From Polyangia bacterium (GTDB lineage Bacteria > Myxococcota_A > Polyangia > JAAYKL01), in assembly GCA_050287845.1 (NCBI GenBank), contig JBNKCR010000055.1:128001-192000 (forward strand): 64,000 nt of DNA, given 5' to 3'. The notes beneath the pieces were generated by a model. The model worked only from the letters and a program-made list of their open reading frames with translations. It had not been told where the DNA came from and made no database searches. Positions 29,927-39,950 of this stretch are shown in pieces (the stretch's first letter is position 1; every line of letters starts with the position of its first letter). Position numbers and translations under genes: made by a program.

Positions 29927-30547
29927 ATGCCAAGTATAAATGAAGTATGGGAACAGGCCGTGCAGGCAAATGCCAATCTCGCGCGGTTACACGATGACAT
30001 GGTGTCCTTGGGTACGTGCTGCAGCAATACGAACAGCAAACTGCAGTGGCTTATCAATCTGACCACTGAAACCAATGACTGGCAGGAAGAACTGTTCAAG
30101 GTGGCCAACAACGGATTTGCAGCCATTTCATCGGGGATTCAGGGGATTCACGATCGCCAGGAATTGATGAGTCAGCTGCTTCTGTTCATGGCGGAACAAC
30201 AGAACACCATGATTTGCGCGCTGGAAAAAATATCGAGCAATACCTGTAGAATGCTCAACCATTCTGCTGAACAGACCGCCCTGCAACGACACATGGCAGA
30301 TCACCTGTACGGACTCGAACACATGTACGCCACGTCAAATCCCGAAGCCGCTCTTGTTTATCGCAGACACAGTGAAGCAGAGGAAAAGATGCGCAATTGC
30401 TGTCCATCAAAACCATCGCCACCGGAATGTCAACAGGAACCGTGTTCTAAACCCGTTAAGCCAAAATTTAAACCCATATCGGAATTTACCGGATACCAAC
30501 CCATTGACCCCGCGGTCAATCGAGTTAAACCCGATCAGCTGGATTAG
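29927..30547 (+). CDS. Hypothetical helical protein with Cys clusters and Pro/Cys-rich tail
   Basis: AAGGAG/AGGA RBS before ATG 29927; heptad-like body, TCCS, NCCPSKPSPPECQQEPC. Confidence 0.75.
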   Translation: MPSINEVWEQAVQANANLARLHDDMVSLGTCCSNTNSKLQWLINLTTETNDWQEELFKVANNGFAAISSGIQGIHDRQELMSQLLLFMAEQQNTMICALEKISSNTCRMLNHSAEQTALQRHMADHLYGLEHMYATSNPEAALVYRRHSEAEEKMRNCCPSKPSPPECQQEPCSKPVKPKFKPISEFTGYQPIDPAVNRVKPDQLD

Positions 30548-30561
30548 AAGAGGGTGGTGCC

Positions 30562-31980
30562 ATGACCATTCAAATTAGAACAGCCCCCTATGAACGTGTC
30601 GGAGGCGATCATCTCGGACCATTCGAGGTCCACCCGGATTTGGTTCAGATGCATTTGGGCGTCATCGCCATGAGCGGCACAGAGGATTTACCCGGTAGCA
30701 TGAATACGGACACAGATCCTGCAGATCCTGATTATCTGTTATTGGAGTGGGATCCCGGTCCACAGGACACTACGACCGCATCAGGTCAGGTGCGTCAATT
30801 ATTGAAGGACATGGTTGATTCATCAAGGGACTTCAAACTCTTTGGCGTCGGCCCCGGATTCGTGTGGAGCGACGGCAGCACACTGCGAGACGGTGCAGGT
30901 GGCGCACTTGGGTCATTTTTATTTTACGATGTCGAGAACTGTGAAGGAGATGGTCGCTGGGTCAGAGGTGTCAACGGCGAGGAAGTATGCACCTCGTCAG
31001 CTGGAATTCTTTTTCACGAGATGGGGCATCGTCACCTCGGCCATCCATCCGGTTTCTCGAGCGAAGACACGGACAACGATGAACGTGCCGCAGTGGGTGT
31101 GGAGAATCTGCTGCGAACTGCACAGGGATTGGTCGAACGCGATCCGGACCACTGGCCCGAATCTTCCTGCGGATGTCCAGGCAGCGACTGCTGCATTGTT
31201 GCCAGCGTCGCCAGTGGCTCGCCATATTCATCCGAGGTTCATGCCCTGCGCTTTCTAAGAGATTACATATTGCGGACCACGGTACTGGGGCGTCATCTTT
31301 TTGATATGCTGCACAGCGAATATTATTCGTTCAGTGTTTCTGTCTGTCGCATCATGTTACTGTCCCCCGAAGCCAAAACCAATGTTCAAAACTGGCTTGT
31401 CATACCGCTTATTCAATCATATGAGGCAGCGCGTCGGTATGCATGTTTTCCAGAAGACATCGCAGGTCTTGGAAAACAGGTGATGGAAAATTCCCTGCCT
31501 GACTCTCCGGTCGAATCTTTGGAACATGCCGACCTGGAAAAAGGTCTGCTTTTCATTGAGGCGTTGCTCGAGAGGTCGCCTTCGACGGTGCAAAATTGCG
31601 CCCTTGATGCGAGTACAATCGAAATCTGCGACACACTGAAAACCCATCTTCGCAATTGTCCCCATATCACATGGGCAATCATCGAGCCATTACTGGCATA
31701 TGTGGAGACGAAGGTTCAGTTTCGGGGCACTGCGCAAATCGAAGACGCGGGACTTTTTTTTAAGCAAAGGATGGAAACATGGCTGCCGGCAATTCCTTTG
31801 CGTTATCTCCTTCCCAAAATGTCTGATACCGATCTGCTGGAAAGTCTTTCGCGGTTGTCTGAATCAGTATTTACATCATCCGATGTCCGTAAACAACTCG
31901 GTATCAGAATATCAGACACACTGTCTTCCCACAAAAGAGACGCGATAACCGGCCGTCTCAGGGACATGGGGTATCTTTAA
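30562..31980 (+). CDS. M91-like zinc metallopeptidase with internal CFI-box domain
   Basis: LFHEMGH, followed by E..AVGVENLLRTAQGLVER; then CCIVASVASGS...EVHALRFLRD..L....GR...EYY. Confidence 0.7.
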   Translation: MTIQIRTAPYERVGGDHLGPFEVHPDLVQMHLGVIAMSGTEDLPGSMNTDTDPADPDYLLLEWDPGPQDTTTASGQVRQLLKDMVDSSRDFKLFGVGPGFVWSDGSTLRDGAGGALGSFLFYDVENCEGDGRWVRGVNGEEVCTSSAGILFHEMGHRHLGHPSGFSSEDTDNDERAAVGVENLLRTAQGLVERDPDHWPESSCGCPGSDCCIVASVASGSPYSSEVHALRFLRDYILRTTVLGRHLFDMLHSEYYSFSVSVCRIMLLSPEAKTNVQNWLVIPLIQSYEAARRYACFPEDIAGLGKQVMENSLPDSPVESLEHADLEKGLLFIEALLERSPSTVQNCALDASTIEICDTLKTHLRNCPHITWAIIEPLLAYVETKVQFRGTAQIEDAGLFFKQRMETWLPAIPLRYLLPKMSDTDLLESLSRLSESVFTSSDVRKQLGIRISDTLSSHKRDAITGRLRDMGYL

Positions 31981-32486
31981 TGAAGACGGAATCATTCAGG
32001 GAAAATGTGTCGCTTCAGGTGCAAAAATGTGCATTTAGCGATGGCCAACTGCAGGTCGATCTTATGCTGTCCAATAATGGAGACACAGCAATATTTGCAA
32101 TTTCTTCGCCCAGGCGCATCGAGTTTGACCAGGGTTCCGGTGTGCTTCATCTATGGCTTTCTGACGAAGGCCGAAAGCGTGAACAAATGCCCGGTGTTGT
32201 CAGAGAAATCAGTTCTCCCCCCAAAAAAGCCCTGAAACCGCGCGAACACATGGTGTTGAACATTCACGTTCCTGTCGACATCACACGGCTGGTTCCCCAC
32301 GACGATCAGACGTTTCATCTGGAGGCCATCGACCTGACAAAGGCAGAACACGTTGAAATCCATTGTAACGTGGACGACAAGCCGTTCTACGCCGATAAAA
32401 AAGAGACAGACATCACTAAACAGCTTGCGCACTGGGGAACCAGACTGGATATAAAAGCAAATATTGACCGAAAAAACGCGTATTAG
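31980..32486 (+). CDS. Hypothetical beta-rich protein
   Basis: ATG overlaps the peptidase TAA (taatg); 168 aa; no signal peptide. Confidence 0.75.
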   Translation: MKTESFRENVSLQVQKCAFSDGQLQVDLMLSNNGDTAIFAISSPRRIEFDQGSGVLHLWLSDEGRKREQMPGVVREISSPPKKALKPREHMVLNIHVPVDITRLVPHDDQTFHLEAIDLTKAEHVEIHCNVDDKPFYADKKETDITKQLAHWGTRLDIKANIDRKNAY

Positions 32487-33044
32487 GGAAAGCATCGGGA
32501 CAGTGCTCGAATTATTGATTAATCTCCTTAAAATGTGCTTGATACTGATATTCGGCAGTGATGTTTTCGCTGTTTCACCAACGGCGGGGATTGCTGAAAA
32601 CGCGCAGATATGGTTTTCATGGTTCCTATTTTGCCCAGCCCCGCGTGTTCGCATGTATTCAACGTAGGGGAGATGGCTACATGAAAACAGCGCTTCATCT
32701 GAAAACGGTTCTCATCATGGCTACCATGCTCGTTTCGACTGCGGGAACTGCTGCTCAGTCGATAAACACCTCGTCTTGGCGTATCGCCGCTGGAAATGTC
32801 TTTGCAGAAAGGGTGGGGGGGGCCTTAAGAAACACAAATAAATGCACCCTTCCCGGACTGGCTTTTTACCCTGGCAAAACCGCAAAGATGAGGGGCAAAA
32901 AGGAAATTCGGTGGCGTAAAATGCGTTGAACAGTGGGAGCCAACGCAGTGATTCGGAAACGAAATATGACAACATCCCCCCGGCTCCCTCGACGAAGGGG
33001 AGGCGGCGCAGATTTCCCTATACGCAATTTCTTTTACGGGTGAA

Positions 33045-34772
33045 TCAGTCGGCGGCGACAAACGCCGCTTTGGTGAGATCCGGGGATACGGGTGTGATTT
33101 CAGTTACTTCAAAGATTTTGAGGGGCGATGTTCCCGCTTCGCGATCTGCAACTTTGAACTCTGTGAAGATGGTTTTGGGCTGAATCACATCTCCTTTGAA
33201 TTTCAGTCTTAAATTCCAGTATTTGCTCAACGCCATGGCACCCACACGCATCAGCTTTCCTTTTACGTTCGGCTTACCGGCCAGGGCGAAGATTCGTTCT
33301 TCGAGAGCAACGGCGCGCTGATACTCGGTGTCGTTGACCGCATTGGCTTTGATGACAGGAAGCATGGCTGCGTATTCCAGCATTCGGGCCTTAATCTGTC
33401 TGGTACGCACCTTCATGTTTTCGGACTCAGCTGCCCTGCGACGGATATTCTCATATCCGCGGGTCGCTGTTTCTACCATGCGGTATATGGTACTCGAATT
33501 CACTTCGAATTCCTTGCGGAAGGCGCCTTTCAGCGTTTCTTCTGCCAGATTGCCGGGGAATGCGTGATGATTCCAGTTCAGCATTTTCTGACCATGCCAT
33601 TCTTCAAACGGCAGATCGGTTTTGATGAGACCCTTTTTCTGCAGGCGATGATACAGTCCGGTTACCGGAAGTGGCGTAAACAGCATGAACTGAACCGTGT
33701 CCGCTTCAATACCTATAATGAAATCAATATCTTCCTGAATGTTTTCCGGGGTATGATGCTCCATGCACAGAATGCCGGAACCCAGCACGGAAATTCCGGA
33801 ATCCCGCAGTTCCCGTACCAGATCTCTGGGCTCAATGCCGTTATTCTTTTCAAACGCGCCCTGGTCGGTTTTGGACTCGAAGCCTATCCAGGCAAACGTA
33901 ACGCCCATGCGCACCATATTGTCGACACCAAACGCGGTAATCGCTTCACAGGAGGAGAAGACATGGAAATTGAAGAAGCGGTTGTGTTTTTCCATCTCGT
34001 CAATCAATTCCAGCGCGCGTTCCCTGTCTTTCAGGAAATTCTCGTCCATGACGAAAAATGCGTCGGTTCCACGGGCATCCGCAATCTGACGACAGGTGTT
34101 GAAAATTTCTTTTCCGGAACCAAGGTAGGAGGTGTACTTCTTACCGAAAAAATGCGATGTGCTGCAGAAACTGCATGCATTCACGCATCCGACGCCGGGT
34201 ACCAGCAGACTGGCGGTGGGACCGGGTACCGGAACACCGAATATCCGCTGCATCTCCGTGGAGGGAAGCGCCGGGTGAACAATGGGATCCAGCAGACTTT
34301 GCCCGATGTACTCCCGCATCCAGTAAATGCCTTCGCCCTTCACCACATGGTCGCACTCCATAAGTTCTTCCACGCCTTCAATGGCGGCACCATGTCCCCC
34401 GAGGATGATTTCCGTGTCGGGGCAATGCTTTCGAACGAGGGATGCCATTTCCTTTGCTTTGACGAAGTTCGGGGTAATGAATGAAATTCCGACAGCATCA
34501 TAGCCTTTCTGGATTTCCTGAATAAACCTCTCCCGACTTGGGAAATCGAGAACATTAACGTCTGTATCCAGATTGGCAGCCATAAAATACAGGCCAAAGC
34601 TGCGATGATGAAATCTGAATGACGCAGATCCCTGTGCTTTGGTTACCTGGTTATGAAAGAGCTCCATGATGTTCTCTTTGCGGCCCCATTGGTCGTCTAC
34701 GCCAAATGGACCGAACACACCACTGAACAAAATTCGTTTACGGGAATTTCTGGTAGCAATCGCCTGGGTCAT
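33045..34772 (-). CDS. Cobalamin-binding radical SAM protein
   Basis: N-terminal B12-binding pattern (VGISF, ILGGHG), GCVNACSFC, DENF, IGFES, TPLPVT. Confidence 0.85.
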   Translation of the reverse strand: MTQAIATRNSRKRILFSGVFGPFGVDDQWGRKENIMELFHNQVTKAQGSASFRFHHRSFGLYFMAANLDTDVNVLDFPSRERFIQEIQKGYDAVGISFITPNFVKAKEMASLVRKHCPDTEIILGGHGAAIEGVEELMECDHVVKGEGIYWMREYIGQSLLDPIVHPALPSTEMQRIFGVPVPGPTASLLVPGVGCVNACSFCSTSHFFGKKYTSYLGSGKEIFNTCRQIADARGTDAFFVMDENFLKDRERALELIDEMEKHNRFFNFHVFSSCEAITAFGVDNMVRMGVTFAWIGFESKTDQGAFEKNNGIEPRDLVRELRDSGISVLGSGILCMEHHTPENIQEDIDFIIGIEADTVQFMLFTPLPVTGLYHRLQKKGLIKTDLPFEEWHGQKMLNWNHHAFPGNLAEETLKGAFRKEFEVNSSTIYRMVETATRGYENIRRRAAESENMKVRTRQIKARMLEYAAMLPVIKANAVNDTEYQRAVALEERIFALAGKPNVKGKLMRVGAMALSKYWNLRLKFKGDVIQPKTIFTEFKVADREAGTSPLKIFEVTEITPVSPDLTKAAFVAAD

Positions 34773-34915
34773 AATTCTCACCTTGGTTGTAAAATCGCAG
34801 TTGCACTATATTGCTGCAAATAAACTAATAGCACCCGGGGGTCACCAGGCAGTCATCCGGATGTCATCGTTCTGTCATGGGTGGATAAATTGAGGATAAA
34901 TTCTGACGCCAATAC

Positions 34916-35380
34916 TTATTTCTTTAATTTTTTCAACAGTCTGGGACCAAACCAAGCCAGGAGAATGGCAATCCCCACCATCAATGCGATCCGCGGAGAG
35001 CGGGCAAATCGAACAATGAATGGGGCAACAACCAGCAGCGCTATCAGCTGTATCCACTTTCGAAGCGTTCCCGTCTGTGCCGGCGACGGGGAGGGCGTAC
35101 CCCGGTGACCTCCGGATGCCGGTGGTCCGTTGGTTCTGCTCCCCACCACCCAGCGGGCATCGTCATAAGCGGATTTCAATTCGCTTTTTGAAAGCACCTC
35201 ATAGGCTTCATTCACCTCAACCAGTTTCTGTCGGGCGAGGTCTTCCAGGTCATTGCCCTGGTGTTTATCCGGATGATATCTGGAGACCATATTCCGATAT
35301 GCCTGGTGAATGTCACTGGCGGTTGCCGTTCTGGAAATTCCAAGAACTGCGTAATAATCTTTGGCTGGGTCAAATTTCAT
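34916..35380 (-). CDS. J-domain protein with C-terminal TM helices
   Basis: DYYAVLG, YHPDK, NEAYEVL, two hydrophobic segments. Confidence 0.9.
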   Translation of the reverse strand: MKFDPAKDYYAVLGISRTATASDIHQAYRNMVSRYHPDKHQGNDLEDLARQKLVEVNEAYEVLSKSELKSAYDDARWVVGSRTNGPPASGGHRGTPSPSPAQTGTLRKWIQLIALLVVAPFIVRFARSPRIALMVGIAILLAWFGPRLLKKLKK

Positions 35381-35415
35381 GGGGTCAATATAAAGATGGA
35401 TGGACTGGCTGCAAG

Positions 35416-36702
35416 CTATTTCGCAGATTTCAGATATGCCCCATACTCCGAATCAGTGGTAATCAGGAGCCAGGTGCGTTCACCCAGTGTGTTTCGGTAG
35501 CTTTCAAGGGTTTTCAAGAAGCGATACAGCTCCGGATCGCGCTTGTACGCTTCGGCATATATTCTGGCGGCGGCTGCGTCAGCCCGGCCGCGAATCTCTT
35601 CGGCTTTTTTGTAGGCTTCTGATTGAATGCGCTTTAAATCCCGGTCTTTCCGTCCGAGAATCTTGGCTGAAAGACCTTCCCCCTGAGAACGGAGTCTGGA
35701 TGCCACTTTGGTCCGCTCGGAGATCATCCGTTTGAAAACGGATTCCTGAACACTCGGAATGTAGTCGATTCGCTTCAATCGAACATCCTTGAGTTCAATG
35801 CCAAGTTCCATGGCTTTTTGAGATGCCTTTTCGATAATCTGTTCGGTAAGCGCCTGACGGCCCACCGCAATTTTATAGATATTGGTGGAGGAATCACCGG
35901 AGCTGGCGTCGCTCTCCAGCGCTTCCTGTGAGGCGACCGCAGCATCGATTCCGGTATTGTCATTTTTTATGAGGTCATCTGCAGAGGGCTCTGTGTCGCC
36001 CGCAGCGTCGTTGGCTGTATCTCCCGCGTTCGCTTCACCGGGCTCCGTTGCGGATGTGTCATCGGTGTTATCGGTATCCTCAGCGCCGGCTGTTTTATCG
36101 GAAACAGCGGCATTCTCCTTTTCCCCTGCATCCAATGCCCCTTCCGATCCCACTGCGGCGATTAATTTTTCCGCGTCTGACGGAGATGGTTTTTCCATCG
36201 CCGCGATTTCCGCATCCACATCGCCAACGGAACTCATCTGATTTTCTTTCTCTTCATTGGAAATAACAAACTGTCTATCGGTGCTGCGAATGGCTTCGAT
36301 GAGATTATGGTTGGCAATAACGTTGCGGGTCGCCGAATCCAATATGTCGTCAAGCCGCCCCTGTGCGCTCTGCTCATCGCGAAGTTTTTCAATGAATACA
36401 ATGGGATCCACGATTTTCCAGCGGGCGAACACATCAATGAGAATGTAGCGTTTGTCGAGGGTGGTAATCTGATTGGGATCACCGTCCCAGGCCAGCCAGC
36501 GCTTTTCGAATTTGCGGGCTTCAAACCAGGGCAGTTTAAAGTGGAGTCCCGGTTCGGTGACCGGATCTCCGGTAACTTTACCGAATTCCAGCAACACCGC
36601 CTGCTCGTCCTCCCGAACGGTATAGCTGCAGGTGAAAACCGTCACCGCAAGAATGGCAACCACCACGAGAATAACCAGCAAAATGCCTGAAGATTTATTC
36701 AT
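35416..36702 (-). CDS. hflC: FtsH modulator HflC with a large acidic insertion
   Basis: PGLHFKLP, ARWKIVDP, DVRLKRI, RMISER, DPELYRFLKTLESY. Confidence 0.92.
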   Translation of the reverse strand: MNKSSGILLVILVVVAILAVTVFTCSYTVREDEQAVLLEFGKVTGDPVTEPGLHFKLPWFEARKFEKRWLAWDGDPNQITTLDKRYILIDVFARWKIVDPIVFIEKLRDEQSAQGRLDDILDSATRNVIANHNLIEAIRSTDRQFVISNEEKENQMSSVGDVDAEIAAMEKPSPSDAEKLIAAVGSEGALDAGEKENAAVSDKTAGAEDTDNTDDTSATEPGEANAGDTANDAAGDTEPSADDLIKNDNTGIDAAVASQEALESDASSGDSSTNIYKIAVGRQALTEQIIEKASQKAMELGIELKDVRLKRIDYIPSVQESVFKRMISERTKVASRLRSQGEGLSAKILGRKDRDLKRIQSEAYKKAEEIRGRADAAAARIYAEAYKRDPELYRFLKTLESYRNTLGERTWLLITTDSEYGAYLKSAK

Positions 36703-37754
36703 TGGGCACCGCCTTTCAATACGCCAGCCGTCCGACCGGCAGCGCCGCCATCCTGTCCGAGGGGAAACAACATGGGCACCATTCCTTTGGTGGACTCATC
36801 CACAATGATTTTCTTTTCGATTGAGGAGAGGACTTCATTCATGGTTTCCAGATACAGACGGGTTCGGGTCACTTTGGGAGAGTCCTCATATTCCCGCTGG
36901 AGGGCCACGAACTTCGCCACATCACCCTGGGCTCTGTTGACGCGTTCGATGGCGTATCCTCTGGCTTCTTCGAGGATCTGATCGGCCTGACCGGCCGCCC
37001 GGGGGAGCTCTTTATTGTATTGGGCCAGCGCCTCGTTTTTCTTCTGATCCCGTTCCTGTTCCGCCTGATTCACCTCATTGAACGACGGCTTCACCGGCTC
37101 TGGCGGTGCGGAATCCTTCAGTTCGACCCGCTGCACCGAAATGCCGGTCTCATAGTCTTTACAGAGTGCCGCCAGGCGCTTTTTGGCCTTCTGCAGAATT
37201 TCTTCACGACCGCTGGTCAGCACTTCGGTAACGGAATAGTCGCCCACCACTTCACGCATGGTGGATTCTGACAAGTCCCGCAGCGTATCTTCCCCGTTTC
37301 GAACCTTGAAAAGAAACTGGACCGGATCAGATATCTGGTAGTGAACAATCCATTCCACAATGGCCACGTTCAAATCACCGGTGAGCATGAGGGATTCCCG
37401 CAATGTGCTATCGCCACGGGTGTACTGGGATTGAATTCCCGATGAAGTGGTGCGGAAGCCGAATTCCTGCTTCAGCTGTCGTTTGGCCTGAAGTTTCTGC
37501 GCCACCTGAATTCCGGGGATCAGATAATTCAACCCGGGTTGGTCCGTTCGGGTGTACTTGCCGAAAGTGGTGACCACGGCCAACTCGTCTTCGTTCACTT
37601 TATACAGACTCAGGGCGCCCAACACGATAAGCAGACCAACGCCAACGATAATCTTAATCAGCAGGGCGTTCTGTTTCAGGGCGCGCTTAATATCTTCGGG
37701 GCCCGGCCCGTCGTCGCCGAACGGCCCGTCTCCAAAGGGGGATCTGTTGCTCAT
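36699..37754 (-). CDS. hflK: FtsH modulator HflK
   Basis: MLTGDLN, PPEPVKPSFNEV, AQGD, TRTRLYLETM. Confidence 0.93.
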   Translation of the reverse strand: MSNRSPFGDGPFGDDGPGPEDIKRALKQNALLIKIIVGVGLLIVLGALSLYKVNEDELAVVTTFGKYTRTDQPGLNYLIPGIQVAQKLQAKRQLKQEFGFRTTSSGIQSQYTRGDSTLRESLMLTGDLNVAIVEWIVHYQISDPVQFLFKVRNGEDTLRDLSESTMREVVGDYSVTEVLTSGREEILQKAKKRLAALCKDYETGISVQRVELKDSAPPEPVKPSFNEVNQAEQERDQKKNEALAQYNKELPRAAGQADQILEEARGYAIERVNRAQGDVAKFVALQREYEDSPKVTRTRLYLETMNEVLSSIEKKIIVDESTKGMVPMLFPLGQDGGAAGRTAGVLKGGAQ

Positions 37755-37892
37755 ATTATTCTCCTCACGGTTAAGTGTTCACAGGGAACATAACACAGTA
37801 AATCCCAACGTAAAGTCTTTGATCAAAAGCCTCTGCGTTATCCTCGGAATTGTGAATGTCAGTAGTTGAATGCTGGATTGCTGAACCGCTTG

Positions 37893-38417
37893 TCACAGAT
37901 GTTTGTCGGCGTATTCCACCCAGCCGCCTGCACGTACCAGTGCTTCATCAAAGGGAGCGATGGTGAACGGAACGGTTTTTGCGCTGCTCGCCGATGTGAA
38001 GACCAGCGCCTTTTTATCGATATCCACATCGCAGGTTACATCTTCGTGGGCCATGGTGAAGAGATTATCGATTTTCTCCGCATCCATCTCGATGGCGAGC
38101 ATGCCGCAGTTGAACATATTCTGCCGGAATATCCGCGCATAATTGTTGGCAATCACCAGGGTAATCCCGTTTACTTCGAGCGCCCATGGCGCGTGTTCCC
38201 GCGACGAACCGCAGCCGAAGTTGGCGCGGGTGATGATGACCGAAGCCTGCCGGGTCGCTTCGCCGGCGGGGTCGAATCCGTCCAGTTGGAGATCTTCGAG
38301 CATGTGGGGGCCAAGGGCCTCTTTTTTCACTTCGGTCAGATATTTCGCCGGGATAATTTCGTCCGTATTTATGTCAGAACGGTCTAAAAACAATACTTTT
38401 CCACCAAATGTTTTCAT
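37893..38417 (-). CDS. leuD: 3-isopropylmalate dehydratase small subunit
   Basis: DINTDEIIPAKYL, NFGCGSSREHAPWAL, ARIFRQN. Confidence 0.9.
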   Translation of the reverse strand: MKTFGGKVLFLDRSDINTDEIIPAKYLTEVKKEALGPHMLEDLQLDGFDPAGEATRQASVIITRANFGCGSSREHAPWALEVNGITLVIANNYARIFRQNMFNCGMLAIEMDAEKIDNLFTMAHEDVTCDVDIDKKALVFTSASSAKTVPFTIAPFDEALVRAGGWVEYADKHL

Positions 38418-38427
38418 TGCTCTCACC

Positions 38428-39717
38428 TTATTCCATCATCGTTCTGGGATCGCACAGCGTGCCTTTAATGCCCGATGCCACCGCCGCCGCCGGGCTCATC
38501 AGATGAACCATGCCGCCCTGGCCCATACGACCATTGAAATTCCGATTGGTCGTGGCCGCACAGACTTCCTCGGGGGCCAATACCCCATTCGACATTCCCA
38601 GACAGGCGCCGCATGTGGCGTTGGTAACACAGAATCCGGCTTCCATCAGGGTGTCCAGCAGCCCTTCCTTCATGGCCTGCCGGTAAATATCGGTAGTTGC
38701 CGGTGACACAATCCCCCGTACGTTGGGGGACAGTTTGCGCCCCCTGGCCATGGCAGCCGCTTCGCGCAGGTCGCTGATTCGGCCGTTTGTACAGCTGCCG
38801 ATATACACCTGATCGATGCGGATATCAGAAACCTCGCTTATTTTTTTCACCTGATCCGGCTTGTACCCCACGGTTACCACCGGCTCCAGTGTGGAAACAT
38901 CGATGTCCAGCACTCTGGCATATTCGGCATCTTCGTCCGACCACCAGGCCTTGAATGCCGCCAGGGCTTTCGATATATCATTATCGTACTCATCCGCAAT
39001 GAATGGCCACAGGTACTCGAGGGTTACTTCGTCGGGCATGCAGACACCGGAGGTACCGCCCGCTTCTATGGCCATATTTGTGATGGTCATTCGCTGTTCC
39101 ATATTCATGCCGTCGATGACCTCGCCCCGGAACTCGATCACGTGATCCGTGGCGCCATTCACCGTGAGCTGGCGGATTACTTCCAGGATGACATCCTTGG
39201 CATACACCCCTTTGCCGAGACTTCCGGTCAGATTGACTCGGATGGTGTCCGGCTGCCGGAAGGCGCAGACGCCTTTGAGAATACCCACTTCCAAATCCGT
39301 TGTGCCCACACCGGCGGCAAAAGCACCGAATGCACCATGGGTACAGGTGTGACTGTCTCCCATGATGACAGTGTATCCCGGACGGATGAATCCCTTCTCC
39401 GGAAAGAGGGCGTGACAGACGCCGTTTTCGCCAATGTCGAAGAAATCCGTAATCTGATGCCGCCTTGCCCATTCGCGCAGAATTTTGGACTGCACCGCAC
39501 TCTTGGTGTCCTTTGACGGGGTGACGTGATCGATGACGGCTTTGATTTTACTCGCATCAAACACCCGATCCTTCCGCCGCCACTCCAGGTCTGCGATGGC
39601 GATGGGCGTGGTGATTTCATGGCACATGACCACGTCCAGATTCAACACTCTGGTACCTTCAAACGGCTCTGCCTTTAAATGAGAATCAAATATCTTTTGT
39701 ACTAACGTTTTTCCCAT
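38428..39717 (-). CDS. leuC: 3-isopropylmalate dehydratase large subunit
   Basis: DSHTCTHGAFG, IGSCTNGR, CGACLG, TTNRNFNGRMG. Confidence 0.92.
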   Translation of the reverse strand: MGKTLVQKIFDSHLKAEPFEGTRVLNLDVVMCHEITTPIAIADLEWRRKDRVFDASKIKAVIDHVTPSKDTKSAVQSKILREWARRHQITDFFDIGENGVCHALFPEKGFIRPGYTVIMGDSHTCTHGAFGAFAAGVGTTDLEVGILKGVCAFRQPDTIRVNLTGSLGKGVYAKDVILEVIRQLTVNGATDHVIEFRGEVIDGMNMEQRMTITNMAIEAGGTSGVCMPDEVTLEYLWPFIADEYDNDISKALAAFKAWWSDEDAEYARVLDIDVSTLEPVVTVGYKPDQVKKISEVSDIRIDQVYIGSCTNGRISDLREAAAMARGRKLSPNVRGIVSPATTDIYRQAMKEGLLDTLMEAGFCVTNATCGACLGMSNGVLAPEEVCAATTNRNFNGRMGQGGMVHLMSPAAAVASGIKGTLCDPRTMME

Positions 39718-39950
39718 GATCGTTAATTACTCCTTGTTTCTGATAATTTCTGTCGTGCGTCAATGCTTCCGGATGCCCGGACAAAGCGCCCGAAGAGAAG
39801 TATCAACTGTTTAGCACCTTTACGGATTAAGGGAATCATTATTTCAGGAAAATGAGCCAGTTTTCTTTCAGGTCGTCCCCGGGCATATTCTGCGGATGCA
39901 ATGATTGCCCGGTCTTGTGATTGTGTCTTTCTATATCTGTCTTATATTGA

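Noticed and set aside
32860..32910. c-di-GMP-I riboswitch-like GGCAAA...GCAAA
   Set aside because: The paired stems and tetraloop/receptor are not present.
39718..39950. Leucine attenuator or T-box upstream of leuC
   Set aside because: No Leu-rich leader peptide, T-box motif or terminator hairpin seen.
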